A stretch of 63,016 bases of DNA, the filler included, from Hyphochytrium catenoides (taxonomy: Eukaryota; Protista; Hyphochytriomycota), in the NCBI GenBank assembly GCA_900088475.1. It is 3 parts of 3 records of this genome, joined end to end, with 100 filler letters (N's around TTAATTAATTAA, not from the genome) between each part and the next. Parts side by side here need not be neighbours in the genome. Positions count along the whole stretch, not along the records: positions 1 to 25,582 come from FLMG01001558.1; 2 more parts are not named here. One strand, given 5' to 3'. A program made the translations under genes and the position numbers. Each line of letters opens with the position of its first letter. Positions within the stretch are counted from its first letter, which is position 1. Below, piece by piece: positions 1-11,430 of the stretch. The notes under the pieces are model-generated. The model saw only the letters and a program-made list of their open reading frames with translations. It was not told the DNA's origin and searched no databases.

Positions 1-2719
1 CCTGCTGTCTCTCCTTCGAGCTACTGGTTGAGTCATCTTCCACCAGAAGAAGATCAAGAACCTCCAGATCCTCCTCTGGAGAGGAGGAACATCCGGAAGA
101 CGATGATGGCTCTTCCACCTCTTCTTCTCTTAACTCTCTTTCTTCTCTCGCTTGCTGTTCTTCTCTCTCTTCTCTCTTTCCTCCTCCTGCCATAGCGTCA
201 TCGTCCTCTGTTTCTTCTCCTTCTCCTTGCTGTTGCTCATGATAATAACAGCCATCAGGCTGCAAACCAGGAAAGAAATTGGGCAACAAGAGAGAAGATG
301 ATTCTTCGGGGTTGTAAGGCTTCCACAGGGAAGTAGGAGGAGAAGAGAAGGACGAGTAAGAGGAAGAAGAAGTGCAAGGAAGAGAGAGAGAGTTGCTCTT
401 GGACGCCAACAACATGTTAGCTGAGCCTGATAATACATCTGTGCCCGTAGGGCTAACAATAGAAGAGAGAGAAGGAAAGCCGAAGCCTCCCTTTGCCGCG
501 GCGAGAGGAAGGACGAATGGCCCAGGCGCCGCGACAGAATGAGTTGAACCAGGAGAAGAAGAGAAAGAATTCAGGGAAGAAGAGGCGACAAGTCTTTCCT
601 TGCTTGAAAGAGGGAGAGGCGCTGAGGAGATAGAAGAAGAATGGAAAGAAGAGAGAAAGGAGTTGGGCTCGCACTTGATCAGGGCCTCGTCACCGTTTCG
701 TAGTGGTCCGTCCATTGCGTAAGGCGTAGCCGCATCCATAAAAAAGACCTCCGAGGACGACGAGGAAGAGAAGGGAGAGACTGGCGGATAAGGAGAGAGA
801 GTAGAATCGAAAAACTGTCTCTGCAAAGGAAGAAGAGAGAAAGAAGAAGAGGAGGAAGAAAGGCTCTTCGCTTGCTGCTGCTGCTTCTTGGAGGTATGAT
901 AAGGAGACGACGATGGAGAAGAGAAAGACGAAAGAGCAGGAGAAGAAGAGGCGGAAGGTACAAAGAAAGGAAGAGAGGCGGGAGAAGAAGAGGGAGGAAA
1001 GAGAAATCCGCCTCCAAAGGCATCCAGTGTGGATCCTCCGAATAGAGCCGTCGGTCCGGACTTTAGTGCAGGATTTCCAAGCGCTTTAGAGGAAGCCGCA
1101 GCGAAAAGAGACGAAGAGGATGGAGAAAGAAGCATTTCCATGTCTCTCTTGTCTCTCTTCCCCAGGTCTCCTTCTTCTCCCAAACCATCGCCTTCCTCTT
1201 TTAGGCTTCCTGGTGCCCTTCCTTTTTCTACTTCTCTCTTCTCTGAGGTGATCGCAGCAGTAGGCGCAGCAACAACTTGAGAAGGAGAAATAAGACCCGA
1301 GGAGGAAGCAGCAAGGGAGGGAGAGAAAAATCTACTGCTGCTGCTCAGAAAGATTCTTCTTTCCTCCCTTCCCGCCGCCGACACAGCAGCAGCAGCAGCA
1401 GCGGCAATGACAGCACCGCCGGAGGAGGAGGAAGAAGCATAAGAGCAGAGAAGAGGAGGAGCAGGCGAAGAAGAGAGAAGGCCAAGAGCAAGCGGAGGTC
1501 GAGGAGCACCACCTCTGGCTGCCACTGCTTGTCTCTCCGTCCCCTCTCTTCGTCTCTCTTCTTCTCTTTCCTCCTCCACCAGCACCACTACTCCTGCGCC
1601 CTCCACTCTCTCTCCTTCTCTCTCCTCTTCTCCTCCTCTCTCTCCTCGCTCTATCGCCTCTCCAAAGATCCTGTTATGCAAATGACAGAGGTCGTTCCTC
1701 CGCGCTCCGCTCTTGCATCCGGGGAGCTTGCACAGACCTCCCCCATGTCTAATGCACCGTCCAGCCTTCTTGGCTGACGTTTGGCAGCCAGGAAAGCGGC
1801 ATCTCGAGCCCCCGCCGTGCCGTTTACATCTACCTCTTCCCTTCGCTCTGTTTCGACAGCCTGGGAACTCGCAGTCTCTCTTGTGAGAGAAAGCTGACGA
1901 AGAAGAAGAGATGTTGACAGTTGTCGGTCTTCTTCTTTCCTCTCCTTCTTCTTCTTCTCTTCTTATTATTATTCTCCCGCCGCTGCTGGTGGCGGTGGTT
2001 GAGCTTGGCTTCATTCTCTTCTCTTCTTCTCCTGCTGTCTTCTCTTCTTCTAGTTCGTCGAGTCTTCTTCTTCTCTCTCTCTCTGGCTGTTCCTCTCCTG
2101 CTCCAACGCCCACATCAGCCTGGCGAATGGTTTCTCTTCTTCCTTCGCTGCCTCTGCTCGTTGGAGTTGTTCCGCTTTCATTTTTTTGTCTAAAATCCAA
2201 AAAGTTGGTCGTTTCTCCTTCTCCTCCTCTTTTTTCTTCTTCCATTATCACTATCTTGTCGTTGAGAGAGGGACGAGAAGAAGAGAGAGAGAGAGGGAGA
2301 GAGAGAGGGAGAAGGGACGGCCCACCAGCAGGACCACGGCTGCCGGCTGCTGGGACCGAGAAAGATGGAAAAAAGGAAGAAGAGAGAAGCTCAGCACGGA
2401 CTGTAGGCTCCTCCCCCTCTTCGTCTTCTTTCTTCTCTTCTATTTCTTCTGTCAACAACGGCGATGATGAGTAACACTGTCTCTGCCTTTTCCCTTCTCT
2501 GTGTTGACTGCTGCTGCTCCTGTTCTTCTCTCTTTCCTCCTCTCTCTTCTGCTCTCTCAGGCTTCTTCCTTTCTCCTCGTTGTCTTCTCCTCCTTTTTTT
2601 TCTCTTTGCTGTGCATGAGAATGATGCTGTCTGTTTCTCTCTCTCTCTCCTGTCACCAGGATGACGTCTGGCCGCCGCTGCTCTTTCTCGGTATTTACTC
2701 TTCTGTTTGCCGCTTGCAT
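1..2719 (-). CDS. WRKY19-like zinc-finger repeat protein, long low-complexity single ORF, runs off the window edge (>=906 codons)
   Basis: Manual translation: stop-free minus frame from ATG 2719 to position 1, absent from the ORF track because no stop is reached. 1873-1673 reads CEFPGCRNRAKGRGRCKRHGGGSRCRFPGCQTSAKKAGRCIRHGGGLCKLPGCKSGARRNDLCHLH, three Cx4Cx9Cx2H repeats with HGGG linkers. The true start may be a downstream ATG. Confidence 0.78.
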   Translation of the reverse strand, partial: MQAANRRVNTEKEQRRPDVILVTGERERNRQHHSHAQQREKKGGEDNEEKGRSLREQKREEEREKNRSSSSQHREGKRQRQCYSSSPLLTEEIEEKKEDEEGEEPTVRAELLSSSFFPSFSVPAAGSRGPAGGPSLLPLSLPLSLSSSRPSLNDKIVIMEEEKRGGEGETTNFLDFRQKNESGTTPTSRGSEGRRETIRQADVGVGAGEEQPERERRRRLDELEEEKTAGEEEKRMKPSSTTATSSGGRIIIRREEEEGEERRRPTTVNISSSSSAFSHKRDCEFPGCRNRAKGRGRCKRHGGGSRCRFPGCQTSAKKAGRCIRHGGGLCKLPGCKSGARRNDLCHLHNRIFGEAIERGERGGEEEREGERVEGAGVVVLVEEEREEERRREGTERQAVAARGGAPRPPLALGLLSSSPAPPLLCSYASSSSSGGAVIAAAAAAAVSAAGREERRIFLSSSSRFFSPSLAASSSGLISPSQVVAAPTAAITSEKREVEKGRAPGSLKEEGDGLGEEGDLGKRDKRDMEMLLSPSSSSLFAAASSKALGNPALKSGPTALFGGSTLDAFGGGFLFPPSSSPASLPFFVPSASSSPALSSFSSPSSSPYHTSKKQQQQAKSLSSSSSSFSLLPLQRQFFDSTLSPYPPVSPFSSSSSSEVFFMDAATPYAMDGPLRNGDEALIKCEPNSFLSSFHSSSISSAPLPLSSKERLVASSSLNSFSSSPGSTHSVAAPGPFVLPLAAAKGGFGFPSLSSIVSPTGTDVLSGSANMLLASKSNSLSLPCTSSSSYSSFSSPPTSLWKPYNPEESSSLLLPNFFPGLQPDGCYYHEQQQGEGEETEDDDAMAGGGKREEREEQQAREERELREEEVEEPSSSSGCSSSPEEDLEVLDLLLVEDDSTSSSKERQQ

Positions 2720-4145
2720 TATCTTCTCTCTCTCTCTTTCTTTTCTCTCTCTCCCTTTTCCTCTCTCTCCTCAAAGAAAGAGTGAATATCTCCTCCGCTC
2801 TTCTTTCTCCCTCCCTCCCTTTTCCCCTTCCCTTGATGTTCCGACTCTTACTCTCTGTTTGCTCTTTCTTCCCTTTGCCTATCTATCGCCCGTTATGACT
2901 ACGTCTTGTCGTTTCTCGTCTATTCTCTTCTGCGCTACAATGGCTCATCTCTCTTTCTCTTTTTGTCTCTCTTTCGTCTCTGCTTCTCTCAGCTTCAATA
3001 GTAGCCTTCCTCTCTTTCTCTGTCTCTCTCTCTCTGTCACGTTTTGCTTATCAATTAATGGCAATCAGGATATAGTCGCAGCGCCCCTGCTCCCTTTTCT
3101 CTCTATTCTGTCATTGTATCGCGTCTCTCTCTGTCCTGCCGAGTCTTCTTCCACTCGCGGCGGAAAGCACTCTTCTGAGGAGAGACCTCGGCCGTTAAAA
3201 GGCACCTCCAAAAGAAGGAGAGAGAGCGAGAAAGGGAGAGAGCGAGAAATATAGGGAAAAAGTAAGAGAGAGTGGGCCAGCTGAGGATAATCCCAGCAGA
3301 CGAAAAGAAGAGATATGATCCTGGCATGCGCAACCACCATCAACCCTCTCCTCATCTTCGTCTCTCCCTCTCTCTCTCTCTTACTTTCTCTCTCTCTCTC
3401 TTACTTTCTCTCTCTCTCTCTCTTACTTNNNNNNNNNNNNNNNNNNNNNNNNNNNNNNNNNNNNNNNTTACTTTCTCTCTCTCTCTCTTACTTTCTCTCT
3501 CTCTCTCTCTCTCTCCCCCTCTTTCTCTCTCCCTCTCTCCCCTCGCGCCCTTCTGGCAGTGATCCAGCAGCTGCTTTGATAAGGAGCTGAAGGAAGCCGA
3601 CAAACTCCAACTCCCCCTGTGAAATCTACCATCTTTCTTCTTTCTCTCCCTCTTTCTCTCTCTCTCTTTCTCTCTCTCTCTTTCTCTCTGTCCCTTTTCC
3701 TCCTGCTTCATCTCTCTGGCCGTCGTCTTGTGATAATTTGCCTTGCGTACTTCCCTCTTCCTCGCCACGCTGTTGCCCAGGGACCAACAGAAAGAGAAGA
3801 GCTGCCCCCTCGCAGACAGCAGCCTTTTCCCTCTTCTTCCTTCCCTCTTTCTCTCTCTCTCTCTCTTTGCTGTTATCCTTGCCCTTTCTCTCTTTTTCTC
3901 TCGCTCTGTCTCTCTCTCTCTCTTTCTCTCGTGTCCAAAGAGAAGGAATGCGGTGGTGGAGATGCTGCTGTCACTTACCAGCGACGAGACGTGCCACAAG
4001 CAGTGAAAGAAATGAGAGAAAGGAAACGAAATAGCGAAGAAGAGTGAAAGGGAGAGATGTAGAAGACAAGGAGAAGATGACCAGAGAGAGAGAGAGAGGA
4101 GAGAGAGAGTAAAGAGAGAGGAGAGAGAGAAGAGAACAGAGAGAG

Positions 4146-4180
<35 letters not shown>

Positions 4181-5541
4181 AAGGGGCTGAGCAGAAAGAT
4201 GACTTGAAACGGTGAGAATTTGAGGAGTCCTTCGCCTCTGTTGGCCGTTTCTGTCTCTTTCTCTCTCTCTCTCTTGGACAAGAAATTTGATGTCCAGCAG
4301 CAGAATTAGACAGAGTGTGCCTAGCACGAGACAGAGTCCTCTAACAGAGTCTTACAAAGTGAGGCCATGGTTGGATAGAGGGAGAGAAAGATGCAGAGAG
4401 AGAGAAAGAGGGCGTTGACTTCTTGGTCAAGGGATCAGGTGACAGGTATCACTAAGTCATAAGGAAGGTGGGAAATACACCTGTGACGTGCAAAGAGAGG
4501 GAGAGAGAGAGAGAGAAAAAAGAGAGAATGCACAAGCAGGACGAGGTGCACGAGCCAGACATTGGCGAGATACGTAATGTACTATAGTTACTACCATAGA
4601 GGAGGACACAGAGTGACAGGGAGATAAAAATGAGGGAGGAAAAGGGCAGAGAGAACATGGGGCCACGAGCCACGATAAGAGAGAAACGCTCACCGCGAGA
4701 CAGACTAGTGCTAGGAGATAGGGTTACGTAGAGAGAGAGAAAGAGTAATGAGAGAAACGGCGGTCCGATATTCTAAAAAGTTTGAAGCCCTTCTCTCCCA
4801 CATTAGGTATCCAAAGATATTCCGCGTCTGTGCACTCTATCCTTGCCGCTATATCCCCAACTGGGCTGACAAAATAGAGAAGTAAGGGGGTCTCTTTCAG
4901 CTGTCCTACCTGAGAATATTCCGCCTGTAGCCCCCACAGCGGCGCCAAATGTCCCAGTTGCTCTCCGGCTTGCCCCCTCACCGGTGGGTGGGACAAGGGT
5001 AAGCCTAGGCTATTATCCGCTGACAATGTCCTGAAAACCTTAGCACCACCCATCCCATCCATGGAAAGCATAGAGCTTGTGGGCACCCGTATTATTACTG
5101 TGGGATCCATAATGTAATGAGGAGTTACGAAAAACCTTTGGGGCTATTACTACCACTGAACACCAAGATCAGAGATGGCCTACCCACCTCGTGACATATT
5201 TACTTCGCTGATAGACAACCTCAGGCGCCCATCCGTCCCCATAATACTTTCTCTCAGGAGAGGAGACAGAGCGTGAGAGTAAATAGACAGAGTCGAAGGA
5301 GATATGGAAGGGCTCTTATCCAGACTGAGCCCAAAAGAGAGAGAGAGAGAGAGAGAGAGCAGTACAAAGAGAGAGAGCACACGGCGTCTGGACAAACAAA
5401 CGGGAGGGAATTAGAGAAAGGAGACGGGGGGAGGGGGCGCGTTTGAGGGAAAATGTATTCTTTCTTTTGTTCGGTCTGTCCCCCACTCTTTGCCTGTATT
5501 TATTGAAGCCTACTGCTCTCTCTGTCTTCTCTCTTTCTTAT

Positions 5542-5581
<40 letters not shown>

Positions 5582-7739
5582 CTGCTCCTCCACTTTTTTC
5601 TCTCCCTTTCTCTCTCTCTCTCTCCCCTCTCTCTCTCCCCTCTCTCTTCTCTCTCTCTCTCTAGTTCCTCCTCTCTCTTTTTCTTCTTTTTGTCTCTCTC
5701 TCTCTCCTCTCTCTTTCTCACTCTCTCTTTAACATAGAGTTCTACACACATTTGCTTTATCCCCATTGTCGTTATGTTGCTCTTCATCTCTGAAGAAAGA
5801 GGAAGGGTGGAGGTGCCTTCTTCATCAGCAACCTGAGAAGCACTTGCATGCGAGAAGAGAGAAGAAAAAGAAGGCAAGAAGAAAGGCGTGGAACTGGGAC
5901 GAAGAGAAGAAGAAGAAGAGAAGAATTTTGACGGATTCTCCAATAATAACGGACGAGGCACGGGGCGGTTCCAGAAGGTGGGATAGGGTAGTAGTAGGTC
6001 TAGTCGAGGAGACACCGGCAAGAGAGACAAGAAGAGAGAGACGCAATGTGCAGAGCAGCAGAAGAGGACAGAAGGAAGAAGGTGGAGGAGGAGAACGACG
6101 AGAGAAAGAAGAGAGAAAGGAGGAATAAGACAAAGGCCACAAACAGCAGGAGGATGGGAAAAATAGAAAAGGAGAGAGAGGGACAAACGAGGAAGGTGAT
6201 CCCATGAGCACCATCAGGATGATGATTATGCTCAGAAGAACGAAGGCGGAACAACCAACAGCGGCAAGCAGCAGCGAAGAGAGAGAGGGAAAGGGAGCGA
6301 GGAAGGAAGGACGACACAATATGGAAAGACGGGTGAGAAACGAGAGAGGGAGAGAGTGATACAAATGAAGCGAGAGAGGAGGATGATAGGAATCCTCTTC
6401 GGAAAGAAAGAGAGATTGAGGGTGGAGGAGAGGATGGCGGAGAGCAGGAAAACAAGTCTCACAATACTGATGCGGCTGCTGCTGCATGAGAAGAGGAGGA
6501 GCCGCCGCAGCGGGACTCTGATTCCACAAGAAGAACCTGATTGCCACACGCCAGCAGAGAGAACAGAACTTTTTCTAATTTCAGAAGAAAGCGCGGCTTC
6601 TGCTCCGAGTCATCTTGTCTTCCTCTCTCGCTGATTTCATCTGGTCATTCTGTCTCCAAGAATAACACGCCGTCGTTTGAGGAGGAAGAAAGAGTTAGGA
6701 GAGGAAGAAGAGGTTGAAGAAGAGAGAGAGTTTCTCACTCCGTCTTACTCCCTTTTCTGATTGTCAGCCTTCTTGTGACAAACTGTTAACACGCTTCCGG
6801 TCTTCTATTCTCTTCGCTGGCCCTGCGATCTTCTGGCCCTAGTTCACCCGTCTCCTCAATGCCCCGCTAGGCTGCTCAGGCTCCATACTACTTCTTCTTC
6901 CTTCGCCGTCTTCTCGGGCCATGGACGCAGGGCGGCTCAACGAGAAAGAGCTCGAGCGGGGTGAGAGAAGCAGCAGGAGGAGCAGAAGAAGCAAAGACGT
7001 TAGGCTCCTCCTACAAATGATATTGGTAGTTAATAAGGACATGGAGGGATGATAGAGAAAGAAGAGACCATGCGATGCTGCTGCTGATGATGCAGAGCTT
7101 ACAGTCATTGGCCTTAGCGGCAGCCACAAAGCTTGAGGAGACAGGAGAAGATCAGAGACGGAGAAGGGTAATATAGCTGTCAATCACATTCTCAGCCAGC
7201 AGCATCTTGTTGTTGGCTATCAATGATGATAGGTAGAATTGCAGCAGAAGGAAGGCGCCTGCGCCCATCCATCAGTAGTCAATCAGGAGGAGGAGATAGA
7301 GAGAAGTAGGACAAAGACGACATTCTCGCGGCAGGTATGTGGCCTTCCTTTTTGCCTGTTCTTCCTTCTCCTGAGCTTTCCAGGAGAGAATATTCCCTAT
7401 GGCGGTCTTCTGTCTTGTTGTAGGAAGAAGAATGACGATGATGAAGGTAGTAGGCGCCAGCGCTCGTGTCCTCTTGTCTCTAGATAAGTATGGCGTGGCA
7501 TTGCTATGCTGCCTCTTTTTTCTTCATATTGCGATATCATCATCAATGATAAAGCTCAAAAATAGAGGACCACCGATTGACAAGGCAAAGCCAACAACAA
7601 GAAACCACCATCATGCATGATGTCCCGTCCTCTGTTATTCTTCCTCTCTGAATCTGGTTGTCTGTTCTTCTGCTATGATGTCTACTCTCTCTCCTCCTCT
7701 TAAAAATTTCCCTCTCATAAATCGAGTCTCTTTCTATGT

Positions 7740-7985
7740 GTAGCATTTCCTTCTTTTCATCGAAGTGTTGGGACTTTCCATCAAGCCAAAGGTCACGTCC
7801 GTTATCAGGAGTGGTAGTCCACACTTGGTACTCTTCTTGATAACATTCTTTTGCATGTTTAGCTGATCGTAGTAGTCTAGATCTTCTTGCATGTTCTACA
7901 TAGCGATGGGATGTGCGACTGCCCGCGCTCACCACGCGCTAATCCTAATCTCACTTCACATTTTCCAGACGACCTGCACTTCAGT
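7740..7985. repeat. Degenerate dispersed repeat, homologous to 29400-29715 (same orientation)
   Basis: Shared ordered blocks GCATGTTTAGCTGAT ... GATCTT ... CCGCGCTCA ... CGCGCTAATC ... GACCTGCA in both places. Confidence 0.7.
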
Positions 7986-8369
7986 TTATGGCGCTAGAGT
8001 GTTCTTTCCAACGCCTCCTCTGTAACTAGCAGTAGCGTAAGAGAGAGACGAGTCTCGGGATTCATTCCGAGAGGCTCTAAACGCTACACCATGTCTCTTT
8101 GCTCTTCTGTCTATATTGCTGTTTTTGATTTTCTCGGCCTCTCTCTCGCTCTATGTGCGCTTCTTCTCCTCCCCCTCTTATCTCCTTTCTGTGCTCTGTT
8201 TGTCTTCTTTTTTTTCTTTCTTCCTCCTCCCTCTCTCTTTATATGCCTAGCTCCCTGTTGTCTCCCATCTATTGCCCTCGTCTCCTTATTAGGATCTCTA
8301 CGTCTATGAATCTGATGATGGTGACTCTAATAGAAGAAACGGCCATTGAACTCTCGGTATTAACAACCG

Positions 8370-8610
8370 GCTTGCTGCTGCTGTGGAACCGAAGAAGAGA
8401 GAGGTACGCTATATTTATGTCCGAAGGGGACGGAGATAAGGTGACGAGAAACTGCGACGAAGAAAGCCGAGAAGACGAGAGACTCTCAGCACTGATAAGT
8501 GATTTGGAGCCAATCTTCTAGTGTCACAGCCAGCGGCGCTAATCCCTCCTCCTTCATCAGTATCTTCCGACAACTAGACCACCATTCTATCTTAGAAGCA
8601 GCACCCTGTC
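8370..8610 (-). mobile_element. Possible hAT transposase C-terminal dimerisation-domain remnant
   Basis: Minus translation IEWWSSCRKILMKEEGLAPLAVTLEDWLQITYQC*ESLVFS, followed by SDINIAYL in another frame, loosely follows the hAT pattern WW...LAxLA...ERxFS...SLS. Weak, with a stop. Confidence 0.3.
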
Positions 8611-9187
8611 ACATCTCATATTTTGCTTAGTGGTCACCGTTCTCTCTCTCCCAATAAAAGAATGATCCACTTCACGTCGTCCAGTCAAGCTCTTACGAAG
8701 CAGTAGTAGCTAGCAGCAGCCCGGTGCACCACAGCTCAAAGAACAGCCAGCAAAAAAAAATGAAAGACATTCCTCATGGAGAATTATAAGGAGCACTAAC
8801 AAGTGTTTATTTTTACTCTTCCAACCTTTATCCGCCATATCGCGTCCTGCAGAAGCTTGAACGTAGATCATTGTATGTTTCGTTCCTTACCTTAGGCAAT
8901 CGGTGAGTCTGCAGAAGAATATGAAGCGACAGAGTGCGGCAAGATGAGAAAGACCATAAGAGAGATGTGAAGATGGCTAATATGACGCAATAAAGAAGCG
9001 CTGCTTGTCTCTCCTTCCTAGCCCAGTAAAGGGCTGTTTGTTGGACAGAAGGGGCCAAAGCAGACTTTTTCAAGCCGGTCAGATTCTGTTCGATCGATTA
9101 CCGGCCGCTTTTATTAAGACTCTTGGCATCGACATATGCAGAGCAACGCTAGAGAATACATCGAGAGGCTAGAAGTTAGATGTACGC

Positions 9188-9574
9188 TTAGTAAACGTGG
9201 CCAGCGGTCTTCTTCTTCTCTCCAAGCTCAAAGTGCTTGGTTCTCTTGATGGTCAACATCTTCTTTCTCTTGCACTCCTTGCACTCCATACGAAGCACAA
9301 CCTTCTTGGTGGTCTTAGCCTGCAGACAGTACCATGCTTAAGAAACGGCGCAGCATTCGAAGCACCCTACATCGTATGACAATGTTGTTACCTTCTTGTG
9401 GAAGACGGGCTTGGTCTGACCACCGAAACCCTTCTGCTTAGCGTCGTAACGACGCTTTCCCTGGGCGTAGTTGGAAGCCTTACCAGCCTTGTACTGGGTG
9501 ACCTTGTGGACCGTGTGCTTCCTGCACTTAGAGTCCTTGCAGAACGTGCGGCGCTCCTTTGGTACGTTAACCAT
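9188..9574 (-). CDS. RPL36A: 60S ribosomal protein eL42 (L36a/L44), 2 coding exons 9574-9392 and 9319-9188, 104 aa
   Basis: [32 protein letters not shown]...[11 protein letters not shown], 72-nt GT..AG intron 9391-9320, then [43 protein letters not shown]. Unmistakable eL42 motifs. Confidence 0.97.
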
Positions 9575-9586
9575 GGTTGTGATAAT

Positions 9587-9724
9587 CTGATTCGTCGATG
9601 GGAGGCAAAATGACGTCAGATGCCGCGCAAAAAGAGAAGAGAAGTATCTCCAGAGACACAAGGTCTCATCGAAAAGCCCCTTACAATAGGCAATAAGAAT
9701 CTGCTCTGAGTAACAACGACTTAC
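9587..9724 (-). other. Probable 5'UTR intron of RPL36A
   Basis: Strong donor CG|GTAAGT at 9724 and acceptor TCAG at 9587, 12 nt upstream of the ATG. A pyrimidine-rich leader lies upstream. Confidence 0.55.
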
Positions 9725-10809
9725 CGAGCGAAGCTCTGTTTGCTGCCGAAGAGTGTGAGAAGATGAATGAAGGCTCTGTAGAGACCGTCAGAAGCGATAA
9801 GACGCAAAAATCGATGGCGCCGCGTTGGCGCCCATCCGCAGCACCAACCATAGCGTGGCAATATATACTACTACTTCCTGGATAACTAAAATATCAACCG
9901 GAATATCCTAGTCTGCGGTACGTACTACTACAGTAGAATTGAGTGGGCCTGGTGATGGAGACGAGTGTTTGACGTGCTAGGGATGATGATACTGGATAAA
10001 TAACAATCTGATCATGAATAAAACCATAGGGCATAGGACTGAGAGACACAGCCTTTACATGATTATCAAGGTTTTGCTCTGGCCTGATCTTTAGAATCGC
10101 TATGTACAGTTTTGCAGGCACAGATCTGACACACTGATTGATTCTGAAGCTTTGCCTCAGCTTCTTCTTTTTTGTAGTAGTTCACTACTCTAGAGATTCG
10201 ACCGAAGTGCAGTTCGTGGTCTGTCGTAGAAGCTCGTAGTAGTGGTGCTAGCCATCTGTGTCATGCTTCGCCAATAAAGCAATAGCTTTCCATTGCATCT
10301 TGGCTTGACTCTTGCTCGAAGGGCTGGTCAGTAGGAGCTAGTCAGACGCAGACGACCATCATCTTTTCTTGATCATCATCCAGGCATCATGATGATGGGA
10401 GCAGTTGTTGTTCTCCACCAGAACGCAGCCTTCTTCCCACCATGCGACGCTGCAGGTTGAGCAAGTGACTCCATGACTCAATCAGATATGCGTTCCTCAC
10501 TCTGTTCCAGGAGATTTGAAAGAAGAGGTCGGAGACCTTCGGGATGATGATCTGTAGTCTTTGATCAGAATAATGAAAAGCGTCCAGAAACTCCAACTCC
10601 TTCCTTGTCTTATCTCATCATCTCGTCTTTTTTGATTCTTCTTATCTCGTCACTTACCTTCTTCTAGAAAGGTGGTCATCGCATTTGTCTGTTTTTTCAG
10701 CTCCTGTTGCACCACGTAGCCCCTTCTTCGTTCTTCTTCTTTGTGGGTGCTGTGATGATTGACAAATTATTTAGACTACTCTTTCGTGCCCTCCTGCTGC
10801 TAATAAAAC

Positions 10810-11430
10810 ACTTTCTCATCATAGCTTCTTCTTTCAGTCAGTATGGATCTTCTTAACTTATTTCTTACTTGAGACTAGTCGGCTGACGGCCAACAATCTG
10901 CTTTGTTCTCGCTCTCTCTTGCTTCTTTTCTCTCACTAAGTTGTATCATTCTGACTCGCTATATCGATAAATAGTCGACTGGATGGATGATGACTTATTA
11001 CGGACCATTGCTGCCTACTAGCTCCTGCCCTTCGTAGGAGTCTCTCTGAAGAAGAAGGTGTATTGCACCCCATGGGTCAAAGTCAGTCAACATAGGCCAG
11101 AAAGAGTACTCACAGGTACCTGCTTTATATTTATATTATGTTTGGCATCGATCTACGCTTTGTATTTGCTCCAACCATCTATCTTTCAGTGGTGCTGGAC
11201 CTCGTTACTAGTGGACGACGATTCACGCTCTCAGTAACAACTCTTCATCAGCGGTCGTTTTGTTTTTTTGTTGTTTGAGGCTGGTCGTTGATGGCCAATC
11301 CGCCGTTGCTCTCTTTCTTTTCGCACTCTCTTGCTTCCTTTCTTCTCATCAATCAAAGCTTCTTTCAGACACTATGGACCTTACTTTATTTTCTGTCTGA
11401 GGCTAGTTGGCTGATGGCCACTTTCGCTTC
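10810..11430. repeat. Degenerate local repeats (10810-10940 matches 11277-11430, unit about 120 bp)
   Basis: TCTCATCA..AGCTTCTT..CAG..ATGGA..TTATTT..GAG(A/G)CTAGT.GGCTGA.GGCCA recurs; the GGCTG/GTTG-A(C/T)GGCCA core is at about 10881, 11288 and 11409. Confidence 0.6.

Noticed and set aside
3272-6549. Numerous SLSLSL and RERERE ORFs (also throughout introns at 42-53 kb)
   Set aside because: Translations of (CT)n/(GA)n microsatellites, which lack stop codons.
10330-10600. Minus-strand ...EEGCVLVENN.SH...IKK.DGRLRL resembling an RT N-terminus or a DDE motif
   Set aside because: Needs several frameshifts and fits two unrelated families equally weakly.
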